Shown piece by piece: positions 24,401-34,884 of a stretch of DNA of 64,000 nucleotides (position 1 is the first letter of the stretch; every line of letters starts with the position of its first letter). The notes beneath the pieces were generated by a model. The model made no database searches and was not told the DNA's origin. It saw nothing but the letters and a program-made list of their open reading frames with translations. This DNA is from Utricularia gibba (taxonomy: Eukaryota > Plantae > Magnoliophyta): positions 1,922,001-1,986,000 of the forward strand of contig NEEC01000013.1 of assembly GCA_002189035.1 (NCBI GenBank). Direction: 5' to 3'. A program made the position numbers and the translations under genes.

Positions 24401-26540
24401 AGCGATTAGACACGGCTTGCTATATCTGTGCTGCCTTCCTGCGTGGCCATAGAATTGCCAGGGAGCAACTAAGAGATTTCATTGGTAAGCATTCTTTCAC
24501 TGGAACAAGCACCTTCTGTTTCAAGCTTCTTAACTCACGCACTGGTACTGCAGGTGACAGTGAAGTTGCCAACATGGTGATCATTGAAAGTGAGTTGGAA
24601 GCAGAGGAACCAAGAAGATTTCTGGAAGATGTTCGAATGACATTTCCCCAGGTACATACATAAATAACAAACCTTGTAACATGAGCTCAGGGTGAAGTGC
24701 TTATTACTAGACAAACCTTTTCAGGTTCTTCGTGTTGTCAAAACCAGACAAGTCACATACTCTGTACTGAATCATTTGATTGAATATGTTCATAATCTGC
24801 AAAAGATTGGTTTGTTAGAGGAGAAGGAGATGACCCAGCTTGATGATGCTGTCCAGGTAAAGAAAATTGATCTGATATCTTCCTCAATGGCCTTGTTTCC
24901 ACTGAATAAACTTTACCTCTGATACACAGACTGATTTGAAAATGTTATTGAGGAAACGCCCCATGGTGACAACTCCAAAAGTACAAGATCTGATAGCTGT
25001 GAATCCTTTTCTGGGAGCTCTTCCTCTCAATGTGCGCAAATCCCTAGTTGGATCTACAAAAGAAATAATAAAACTATCAGGAACCACATTGTATAAAGAG
25101 GGATCAAAGCCTTCTGGAATCTGGTTGATCTCTAGTGGGGTGGTCAAGGTATGCAGCTTTAAAGTCTTAACCCAAAATTGCAATTGAAAACAGTATTTAT
25201 GTTCCATTGAACTGTATGCTGGCAGTGGTCAAGTAAGAGCATAAGGCATAACCAGTCCCTGCACCCAACTTTTACCCATGGAAGCACTCTTGGTTTGTAT
25301 GAAGTGATGGCTGGGAAGTCGTATATCTGTGATGTTACTGCAGACTCTGTGGTTCTCTGCTTCTTCCTGGAGACTGAAAAAATACATTCTGCATGTAAAT
25401 CTGACCCTGCTGTGGAGGATTTCTTTTGGCAGGTAGTTTTTTTTGTCAGCAGTCCAAATTATGCTACACTACATCATCAAGCAGAGCAACCTAACTTTAT
25501 GTGTTCTGCAGGAAAGTGTCATTGCTCCTTCTAGACTCATATTGCCTCATATATTTGAGAAGATGTCAATGCAAGAATTGAGAACTCTCATTGCTGAGCG
25601 ATCCACGATGAACATATACATAACAGGAGAGGTTTACGAGTTACCTCAGCATTCCATTGGTTTCCTATTGGAAGGTTTCATTAAACATCAAGGTGGCCAA
25701 GAGGAGGTTCTTACAGCTCCTGCTGCTCTGTTGCCGCGCTCCGATCAAAGCTTCCGCGTTCAAGGGACACCAGGTATACAACTGATTGATCTGATCTATC
25801 TGCTGGAAGACAAAATATAAGCAATGTTGTTCTGGGATTCTTGTGATCCATAGGTCCTAGGCTTGGAGGCTTATCCCATCAGGGATCAACATATCAAGCT
25901 ATGACAAGATCAAGGATCATTACATTTGATCTTGCTGGATTTGATACTGGGCGAGCACTTCAGAGAAGGCAATCTTCTATAATTTTCAACATGGGAGATC
26001 GCCCTTCTGGATCTTTCCTTAGACGAGAGCGCAGCAGCTTGATGAGCTGGTCTGAACAAGCCGCTAAGCCTAAAATACAGGACTTGGAAACAGGGAATCA
26101 ACATGAAAATAATATGTCCACAAGAGCGATGCAGCTAAGCATCTACGGGAGTATGGTAAGCATGAGTTTTTTCATGGCCATACGGGAATGTTAAAAATAA
26201 AATCTTTACTCCATTGATTCATCAGGTGGACATTGGAGAACACCCAGCGCGGTTATCTCCAGGTGGGAATGTAAAGCCACGATTGTACTCCGAAGAAAAC
26301 TGGGCTCAAGGGAAACCGCGCCCCATGGTGTCTGTCAAATCAGAAGGGTCAAGTACCCTGCGCAGGAAAATCTTTAAGCGTGGAAGTGAGCCAAATGTCG
26401 TAGCAATAACTGGGTCTGCTCGACCAAATGAAACCACTGATGCCAACAAAGATGATTTGAGCGATGATTCAGGCGGTGAAGATGGGCATGTCGTGCGGAT
26501 AGATTCTCCCAGCAGACTCTCCTTTCGCCAAGCCCCATGA
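21451..26540 (+). CDS. SOS1: Plasma-membrane Na+/H+ antiporter SOS1/NHX7, about 23 exons, apparently intact
   Basis: GIASRHLLSGTRVPYTVALL, IDPDLLLAVFLPALLFESSF, LSATDPVAV.ALLKELGASKKLSTIIEGESLMNDG, WSGLRGAVALSLSL, GVQAAYW.MLDEGRI, cyclic-nucleotide-binding-like region, C-terminal VRIDSPSRLSFRQAP*. Checked junctions are GT-AG and in frame. Start could be 21451 or 21463. Confidence 0.96.
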
Positions 26541-26599
26541 AGTTACCGCCATTTCCCGTAACAGCAACAAGTTGCTGTACTCATCGTTCTTTGCACGTA

Positions 26600-27075
26600 G
26601 ATAGGTGCTTGACGGGGGACTCGAGGCTTCTTCCCTGCCCCATCCCACGCAAAATAAGAGCACTCACATGTGTATGTAGACTAGAAGGTAGACAGGAAAT
26701 CAATAGTATATGACCAACATAAATTTTCACAGCGCCCGGACTCCAAAGCTATCATCTTTAGCTCTCCATGATTCCACCCATCCCCACCCCTCCATGACCC
26801 TTTCGATTTGAATAACTGGTTTCTGAGTTTATCGAAGCGATAGGTGCTTGAGGGGACTCAAGGCTTCTTCCCTGCGCCATCCCACGCTAAATAAGAGCAC
26901 TCAGAAGTGTATGTAGACTAGAAGGTAGACAGGAAGTCAATAGTATATGATCAACATAAATTTTCACAGCGCCCACAGTCCAAAGCTATCATCTTTAGCT
27001 CCCCATGATTCCACCCATCCCCACCCCTCCATGACCCTTTCGATTTGAATAATTGGTTTCTGCGTTCATCGAAGC
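26600..27075 (+). repeat. Tandem direct duplication, 2 units (26600-26838 and 26839-27075)
   Basis: Both units run GATAGGTGCTTGA..GGGGACTC...CCATCCCCACCCCTCCATGACCCTTTCGATTTGAATAA...ATCGAAGC, with scattered substitutions. Confidence 0.95.
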
Positions 27076-27422
27076 ATCAAACCATGCTGCTTCAGGGATA
27101 GGGTAGTCCAAAATTATAAAGACCAATGATGAAATCAAGATACTTTCGGGAATTTTTTTATATACAGCAATAAAAGGAGTACACGCCACAAGCATCTCGA
27201 TACACAGAATCTGTAATAAATTGGGTTGACAAGGATTCCGTTCGCCCGGAATCCAATCATCAGTATTGTGGGCTAATCCCAAGAGGATGTTATAAATCGA
27301 AGGGACTCTCTCAGTTGTCAGCACTCTCCGAGGAGCCTGGGAAGCGGTTGAACGGATTTTCGTTGTGATCTGAACGGCCTAAGGAGCTGCAGACGCAAAT
27401 CACAAAGAGGGGTTTGATTTTA

Positions 27423-29869
27423 ATGGGTACCCAAGAGGAAGAGAGGTTGCTTCTAGAAGAGGGTGTTCGTGAGGCGCGTCTCCTTTTTCATCTGCTTTTC
27501 GCGTTATTGCTGATTTTTTTAGAATAAAAGCTTTTTGATTTGAGTTTACTCTAACATAAGAGCCAAGCAAGATTAAAAGTTGTAGTTTAGGATTGGGAAT
27601 TTCAGTTGCCTGATTACTAAAAAAATTCGGTATGCATACTCTTTTGTTAGAGATCTCATAATCTGGGATTGTTTTTATGTGAGCTGCACAGATGCTGTAT
27701 CATCTGTGAGTTATTCTTAGTTGGTTCTCTTAACACTACCTCTCCTTTGATAACAGGATAGGATTGATGCTCTTTTTACTGGTGATGGTTCTGTTGATAT
27801 TAAGGGGAACCCTGTTTTGAAGAGCAATACTGGGACTTGGCGAGCATGCCCCTTCATTCTGGGTACTGAGAAGTTACTGATAATTTTCATTCTCTAGTTT
27901 CTCATCCCCCTAACATGTAAAGTAATGCAGGAACTGAATGTTGTGAGCGTTTGGCTTACTATGGGATTGCAACTAATCTTGTAACCTATCTTATAAAAAA
28001 GCTACACCAAGGAAATGTGCCGGCTGCAAGAAATGTGACTACTTGGTCAGGCACCTGTTACCTTACTCCCCTTATTGGGGCAATCCTGGCAGATTCTTAC
28101 TTTGGGAGATATTGGACGATTGCTGCCTTTTCCAGTCTTTACTTCATTGTAAGTGCCTAACTTCATCTATTAATTTTCTTCTGAGTCGACACTTCACTAT
28201 TTTTTTTTTTTTTTTTTTTGTCTTTTGGAAGTGTTGATTTTTATGAGGAGAATTTTGTTTGGTTTAGGGGTTCTTCACATGGACTTACTTGTTATAGCTT
28301 ACATGATTTAGTGGCTTTTATGCTCATACTCTGGTAATGCTATCATCCTTATATGATACAGTTTCTGGTCATCTGATTCATCTGTCATGAACTTTTTTAA
28401 GGGAATGTGCACCTTGACTCTGTCTGCATCTATACCTTCCCTTAAGCCCTCTGAATGTATCGTCACTCGACTGGATACCGTATGCCCTTCTGCTACTCCA
28501 GCTCAGTATGCTGTATTCTTTATTGGACTATATCTTATAGCCCTTGGAACAGGAGGAATAAAACCATGTGTTTCTGCCTTCGGAGCTGATCAGTTTGATG
28601 ATACTGACTCCGTGGAGAGAATTAAGAAGGGCTCCTTCTTCAACTGGTTTTACTTTTCCATCAATATTGGTGCCTTGATATCTAGTAGTTTGATAGTGTG
28701 GATTCAAGATAATGCAGGCTGGGGCCTTGGCTTTGGCATCCCTGCTTTGTTCATGGGAATTGCTATAGTTAGCTTCTTTTCCGGCACCACAATATATAGA
28801 TTTCAGAAACCAGGAGGAAGCCCCATTAACAGAATCTGCCAAGTTGTGGTTGCATCATGCCGCAAGTTGAATTTGGTGCTCCCTGAAGATTCTGCCCTTC
28901 TGTATGAAACACCGGATAAAAATTCTGTGATTGAAGGAAGCCGAAAGCTGGTGCACACTGATGAATTCAGGCAAAGATTTTCTTTTTGTATGCTCTTCTG
29001 AAGTTTCTGTTTTCCCATCTGATGTGTTCCAACGTTTCCTCTGAAGGTTCCTTGATAGAGCTGCCATAGTTGCTGACAATGAGAGGGAAACCGGATATTT
29101 TTCAAGCCCGTGGAGGCTGTGCACAGTAACACAAATTGAGGAACTGAAGATCTTGATCCGCATGTTCCCCATCTGGGCTTCTGGTATTGTCTTCTCTGCT
29201 GTTTATGCTCAAATGTCAACAATGTTCGTGGAGCAGGGCACGGTGATGGATACTTCCATCGGCTCATTCAAGATCCCAGCAGCCTCTCTGTCAACTTTCG
29301 ATACCATAAGCGTCATCTTTTGGGTCCCCATCTACGACAAGTTTCTCGTCCCCGTAGCCAGAAGAATAACAGGCAAAGAGAGAGGCTTCTCAGAGCTGCA
29401 GAGGATGGGGATCGGCCTTTTCCTCTCCGTCCTCTGCATGTCCGCCGCCGCCGTCATCGAAGTCCGCCGCCTCTCCCTTGCACAAGAGCTCGCCCTCGTC
29501 GACACGCCAGCTGCTGTCCCAATGAGCATTTTCTGGCAAATCCCACAGTACGCCCTGCTGGGAGCTGCTGAAGTTTTCACATTCATCGGACAACTGGAGT
29601 TCTTCTACGATCAGTCCCCGGACGCCATGCGCAGCTTATGCAATGCATTCGCCCTGCTGACAACTGCTTTAGGTAACTACTTGAGCTCCCTCATACTCAC
29701 ACTGGTTACATACTTCACCACCCGCGGAGGAGCAACCGGATGGATACCTGATAACCTGAACGAGGGGCATCTGGACTACTTCTTCTGGCTCCTTACCGCG
29801 CTGAGCATGATCAACTTGGTGGTCTACATCTTCTGCGCCAAGGTTTACAGACCCAAGAAGTCCTCCTGA
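27423..29869 (+). CDS. NPF8: NRT1/PTR family peptide transporter (NPF8/PTR2-like), 5 exons
   Basis: [36 protein letters not shown]|[88 protein letters not shown]. Confidence 0.95.
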
Positions 29870-30073
29870 GGGAGCTCACTCCATGCTCTCAATGTAAAAA
29901 CTACGCCATTGAAGGCAGGCCCTTCTACCTCTGCACAGGGTTCACAGGATGCAGCTTGCTCCCTTTCCTCCCCTTTGATTCTACTGCAACTGTATCACAG
30001 CACACGAGTGCCTTGTAAGATGTGAAAACATAGCAACTGGGAAAGCTTCTATAATAGCAATGAAGTGGTTGCG

Positions 30074-30639
30074 TGCTAGAATACAAAATATCATATAGAA
30101 AAATGAAAATAAAATAATTAAGTATATAAGAAATTACAGATCATAATTAATCAGTTGTGTCTAATTTTTTCTATTATGATTTACATTTTTTGTGTACTTG
30201 GGCTTCATGTGTGTGTTCGTCCGACCCGTCGGATCCTGAATTTGAACATAGTATCAGAGCGTTTGTCTTGCGGCATGTCTTGGGTGGCCAAGATGGGTTT
30301 CGTATTAGTCTGATATCCGGTTAAAAAAAAAAAACAAGAAGATGCATTGGATTTAGGTGACAAAAAAAAAATAAATCGACCTATAACTTGAACACTACTT
30401 ACAATCATAAAAAAAAAGGAGCAAGTCATCACCGGATCGCATACCAATTCAACTTGAGGGTGTGTGTTAGAATACAAAATCTCATATCGGAAAATGAAAG
30501 TGAAATAGTTAAATATATAAGAAATTATAGATCACAATTAATCGATTAGGTTTAATCTTTTATATTATAATCCATATTTCTTGTGTATTTGGGGTTCACA
30601 TGTGCGTTCACCCAACTCATCTCATCCTGAATTTCAACA
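30074..30639 (+). mobile_element. TRIM (terminal-repeat retrotransposon in miniature), complete
   Basis: Two 175-bp LTRs with TG...CA ends (30074-30248; 30465-30639); PBS TAGTATCAGAGC 30249-30260 (tRNA-iMet type, 1 mismatch to TGGTATCAGAGC); purine-rich GAGGGTGTG before the 3' LTR; 216-bp non-coding interior; degenerate TSD TTGCG/TTACA. Confidence 0.88.
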
Positions 30640-31334
30640 TTACACAGGTCATATGTCGTTTACTGCGTAACTGTGGAAGCATTCGCCCATTTCATATGAT
30701 GCAAGGAAATGCACTCCTGTTTCCTTCTACCAGTTTTGCTCCATTTTCGCTTCCCACCAAACGCACCGCGTCGCCCCATGACTCAAATGAAGTCACTGTT
30801 CCCACACACACACACCCGTCTGTGTATCTGTGTCTACGTATTTTCAACTCCGAAGCAGCTCCGTTGACTACGCCATGGATGGACACGGCTTCTGAGTTCC
30901 GTGGGGTCGTTTTTGGAAGACGAAGCCTTGGAAACTTAGGGTTTGCATTATTAATTTAATATGATTTGATAAATTCCGTGGGGTCCACATTCTAGAAGTG
31001 CATCTCGATGGATTAGTCATAAGTATTATTTTAATTTATTTGAAATTGTGATACATCTTCCCCATTAAAATTAAAATTAAATTTATACCAAACACTAATG
31101 CACAAGATCTCGTATGAGCTCTTAACTAATGTTTGGTTAATTGATAATTGTTAAAAATAAAACTATATTATAAACCTTAATAATTTTTTTTTATTTCTTC
31201 ATTAATTTTATGAAAATGATGAACTAAGAATAATGAGGTTTTGATATACAAAACTCATATAGAAGGTGGATTTTCATAAATCTACTTAATTAATGTTTAA
31301 AAAATCAGATGTATTTATTTTTTTATTAAATTCA

Positions 31335-31361
31335 ATATATATATATATATATATATATATA
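31335..31361. repeat. (AT)n microsatellite
   Basis: About 13 AT units. Confidence 0.9.
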
Positions 31362-31629
31362 GATAGATAACAACGGCAACGCGTTGGAGACTCCTCGGGT
31401 GGGTCGGGTGGCACAATCCGAGTGGGTCCCACGCGGGGCGCTAACGGACACCGTACGGGTCAGCTTATGCTGGCTGGCCATTTCCTGGCCTTCTTCTCCA
31501 ACCCTACTGCGCTCTGTGTCTATTATTTTGTGGGAACCGGACTCTCAGTCTCATCTCATCCGCACATGTCAGCCTCCTTATATGAAGCTGGAGGGCATCA
31601 AAAGAAGCTGATGTGTTTCGCATTTTTCA

Positions 31630-31796
31630 GCAAGATATTACTATCAAAATGGATCGAATACACGTAAAGTTTAAGTATATAAGAAATATGAATTATATTA
31701 AAAATATTAGCTACAATCAATTTCTAATGCTCTGAAATATCTTATATATTTGACTACTTCATTCTCATATTCGATGTGAGATTTTTTGTTCTAATA
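31630..31796 (-). mobile_element. Degenerate solo LTR of the same TRIM family, inverted
   Basis: Reverse complement TATTAGAACAAAAAATCTCACATCGAATATGAGAATGAAGTAGTCAAATATATAAGA... aligns by eye with the LTR at 30465; 3' boundary approximate. Confidence 0.75.
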
Positions 31797-32309
31797 TTCT
31801 AGTAGCTTTTGAAAACCCTAACTTATGAAATGGGTGAGTAGCTTAGCTAGACTGTTATGAGGAAAGGTTGGAGCATTGGCAATATGAATGGACATGCACT
31901 TTTTTGGTTGTCGCATTTCAGTAACAAACAAGGAGTTACCATGCAAGCGAAAAGTGAAAACATCTACATGAAAAAAGAGGGCCTTTTTGTTTTGTTTCTT
32001 TTTCTTTTGTGGGGTTTCGAGATATGCGTCTGCTCCCTCTCTGTGGACGACATCAGGAACATAAGAAAAGCATCTTTTTCGAAATAGCTGATTTCACTGA
32101 AAGTAAGAAGAGGAAGAAGAACAGGGAGAAAAAGCACCCCCATCAGTGACGATAAATACTTTATTGTGTGTGTCCTGTCTGCACCTCTTCTTCTGCGTGT
32201 GTACCTTTTTTTTTTGTTTCTCTAGTTTCTTATGGTTATAGACTGCATGTGCGAATTGATTCTTGATCTGTGTAGCTGAAGCTCGAAACGGACAATTGAG
32301 ATTGGATCC

Positions 32310-34336
32310 ATGGCGGCTTCTTCATCATCATCATCTGCTATGAAGAGAAAAAGAAACCAGCCTGGAAATCCAAGCAAGTTTCAACTTTTTTATTCGAAAT
32401 CTACATGAAATAACAATGAAATCTTTACCTTAAATTCTTTCGTTTGTTCATCAGATCCAGATGCAGAGGTCATTGCTCTATCTCCCAAGACCTTAATGGC
32501 CACAAACAGATTCATCTGCGAGGTTTGCAGTAAAGGGTTTCAGAGAGAACAAAATCTGCAGCTTCACAGGAGAGGCCACAACCTTCCATGGAAGTTGAAG
32601 CAGAAGACCGCAAAGGATGTGGTCAGGAAGAAAGTGTACTTGTGCCCCGACCCGACATGCGCCCACCACGACCCGTCTCGGGCTCTCGGAGACCTCACCG
32701 GAATAAAGAAGCACTTCTCCAGAAAGCACGGCGAGAAGAAGTACAAATGCGACAAGTGTTCGAAGAAGTACGCCGTCGTTTCCGATTGGAAGGCTCACTC
32801 CAAAACGTGCGGTACTCGGGAATATCGATGCGATTGCGGCACCCTCTTCTCTAGGTACACTCCATTAAACTCCGGCAACCTTGATAACTTTCCAGTTTGG
32901 ATGAGATTAGTATTTAGTAGATTATAAGAGATTCAGATTCCCATCACGGGCATGGAAAATCATGTGGGTGTTTTGGAAGTTTGCCTGCAGAGGCAGAGAT
33001 AAAGGCTACACGTGAAGTGTCACAACCAAAGATGTGATTTTTTTTTGTTGGTTGCCGGAGACTTGGGTTTTTTTCCAATCCATTATGTTTCTCCTTCACT
33101 CAACTGTGGAATGTTGAAGCAAGGTTTCAGACCCAGCTGAAAGCTGTTTTCTTGTGAACTTGGTTTCGTGTTGTTTAGTTGCAGTTTCTGCATACAAGAT
33201 TCGGTTTTTTCTTCGTATTCTTCCAGAACCCAGAAAAATATTCCATCTGACAGATACTCCTCTTGTACTTCTTAATACTGTTAGTGCCATTCTAATGTGT
33301 ATTGATTGTTTTGCAGAAGGGATAGTTTCATCACCCACCGGGCGTTCTGCGACGCCCTGGTGCAGGAAATAGACGGGGGAGTATACTGAATCACGCGCCG
33401 TTGGGCGGCCACCTTCTTACAGGTTTTCCGAGGAACTCGGCGGCGGCGCATGACCAGATCGACGTGGGTCTACTTTTCGCGAATCATGAATTACTCCGAT
33501 ATGGGTCTGGACCAAGCGTCTGTCAGCTCAGCAGCCTCGTCGCCCCCGCTGGGCCGCCCTTCTTCCCGCCGCCTTTGTCTCTGCAGCAACAGCCGTACAG
33601 CAGTAACGAGGAATGCCAGTTGCTTAACAAACCCTCTTTTCATAGTCTCATGCAACAGCAGCAGCTTCCTCTGGAGAACGGCGGCGGTTCGTCTCTAGGT
33701 CTCGTCAACCTAAGCTTCTTCCCTGGAAACAGTAATTCCTCCCCACAACACTCCGCCATCTTCTCATCTGGTAAGTTTCTGATGCCCAAAATAATTACTT
33801 TTTTTTTTTTTTTTTGCGAAGTTTACAGTAAATATATGTTTCTTTTTGTCTCCTCAGGCCACCAGCACCGCCACCTCACGAGTATGATGATGACTATCCC
33901 TTCCTTTTACAGCGGCAGCACGGCCCTGCAAAGCCCCGGCGCCGACCATACCTCATCGGCATCCATCTACGGCTCCGCTGCCACCACCTCGCCGTTCAAG
34001 CCAATGCCGCCATCTTTCGGGGTTTTCGAGGGGAACAACAACCACCTCCAAGACGTGGTGAACTCCGTCACCGGCGGGGGCGGCGGTTCATCGTCCTCCC
34101 TTTTTGATCCCGGCCCCTTCGTAGGGAAACCCGCGTTAGAGACGATCAACAGCGACAAGGGCGTATTCGTAAGCCATGGATTGGATATGGAGATGGAGCA
34201 AGGGAGACTGAAACTCACCCGCGACTTCATGGGCGTAGGGGAGATTTTGGGAGAGCAGCACCGGAGTAGAATCTCGATGGATCGTCTCAGCTCAGCCTCA
34301 GAACTAAGTTCGCTTACATGGAAGCCAGCTCCATGA
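32310..34336 (+). CDS. IDD: INDETERMINATE DOMAIN C2H2 zinc finger (IDD4/5-like); 1-bp deletion at G5 33375-33379
   Basis: KRKRNQPGNP|NPDAEVIALSPKTLMATNRFICEVCSKGFQREQNLQLHRRGHNLPWKL...CDCGTLFSR|RDSFITHRAFCDAL; C-terminal LTRDFMGVG. One extra G joins EIDG(G)SILNHAP to ORF 33401. Confidence 0.95.
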
Positions 34337-34884
34337 CTGAAACTCAGAAAATTCCCATCAAAATAGGAGTATCTGTGTGTGTTATATAGCAGCTATTGCT
34401 AACTCCATTCAAGACTATATATATAGCCTTTGAAATTTGTGCACATGCTTTTTTTGGAAGAATTTCACGGTAACTGTGTGACATCAAGTTTGTAAGAATT
34501 CTTATCAGAAAACGAAATAACATAAAGAATAGTACTTTACTATTCAAACAACTTAAAATGGCACCCAAGAAGCCACTGACACAGAGGGGAAAGCAGGGCA
34601 ATGAACGAACACTGTTGAACTAAGAAGCCAAATTTGGCATGGGCTGTTGTTACAATTTTGGAAAACTACAGCGTTTGCAAGCATCAGCATAAACATGCAA
34701 AAGGTAACAAAGGCACCATGGCTCTGCGCAAGCAGGCCAGTCCACACTTGTGGCAGCGGCAGATCACGTTATGCGTCAGCAAGTAAATTAAGATCAAGAA
34801 ATGGTTAGCAGATGTAGCAGCTGGGCAAGAATTTACACTCGTTGCCTTTCTTTTGCGGGATGATCTCGGCAAGTGCTAGTTTTT

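Noticed and set aside
26765-26828. Box C/D snoRNA inside the tandem repeat (ATGATT...CTGA)
   Set aside because: Weak C box, D box lost in copy 2, no convincing terminal stem or recognisable rRNA guide.
27232-27253. Perfect 8-bp hairpin GGATTCCG-ttcgcc-CGGAATCC as a structured RNA or terminator
   Set aside because: A single short stem is expected by chance in 64 kb, and bacterial-type terminators do not apply here.
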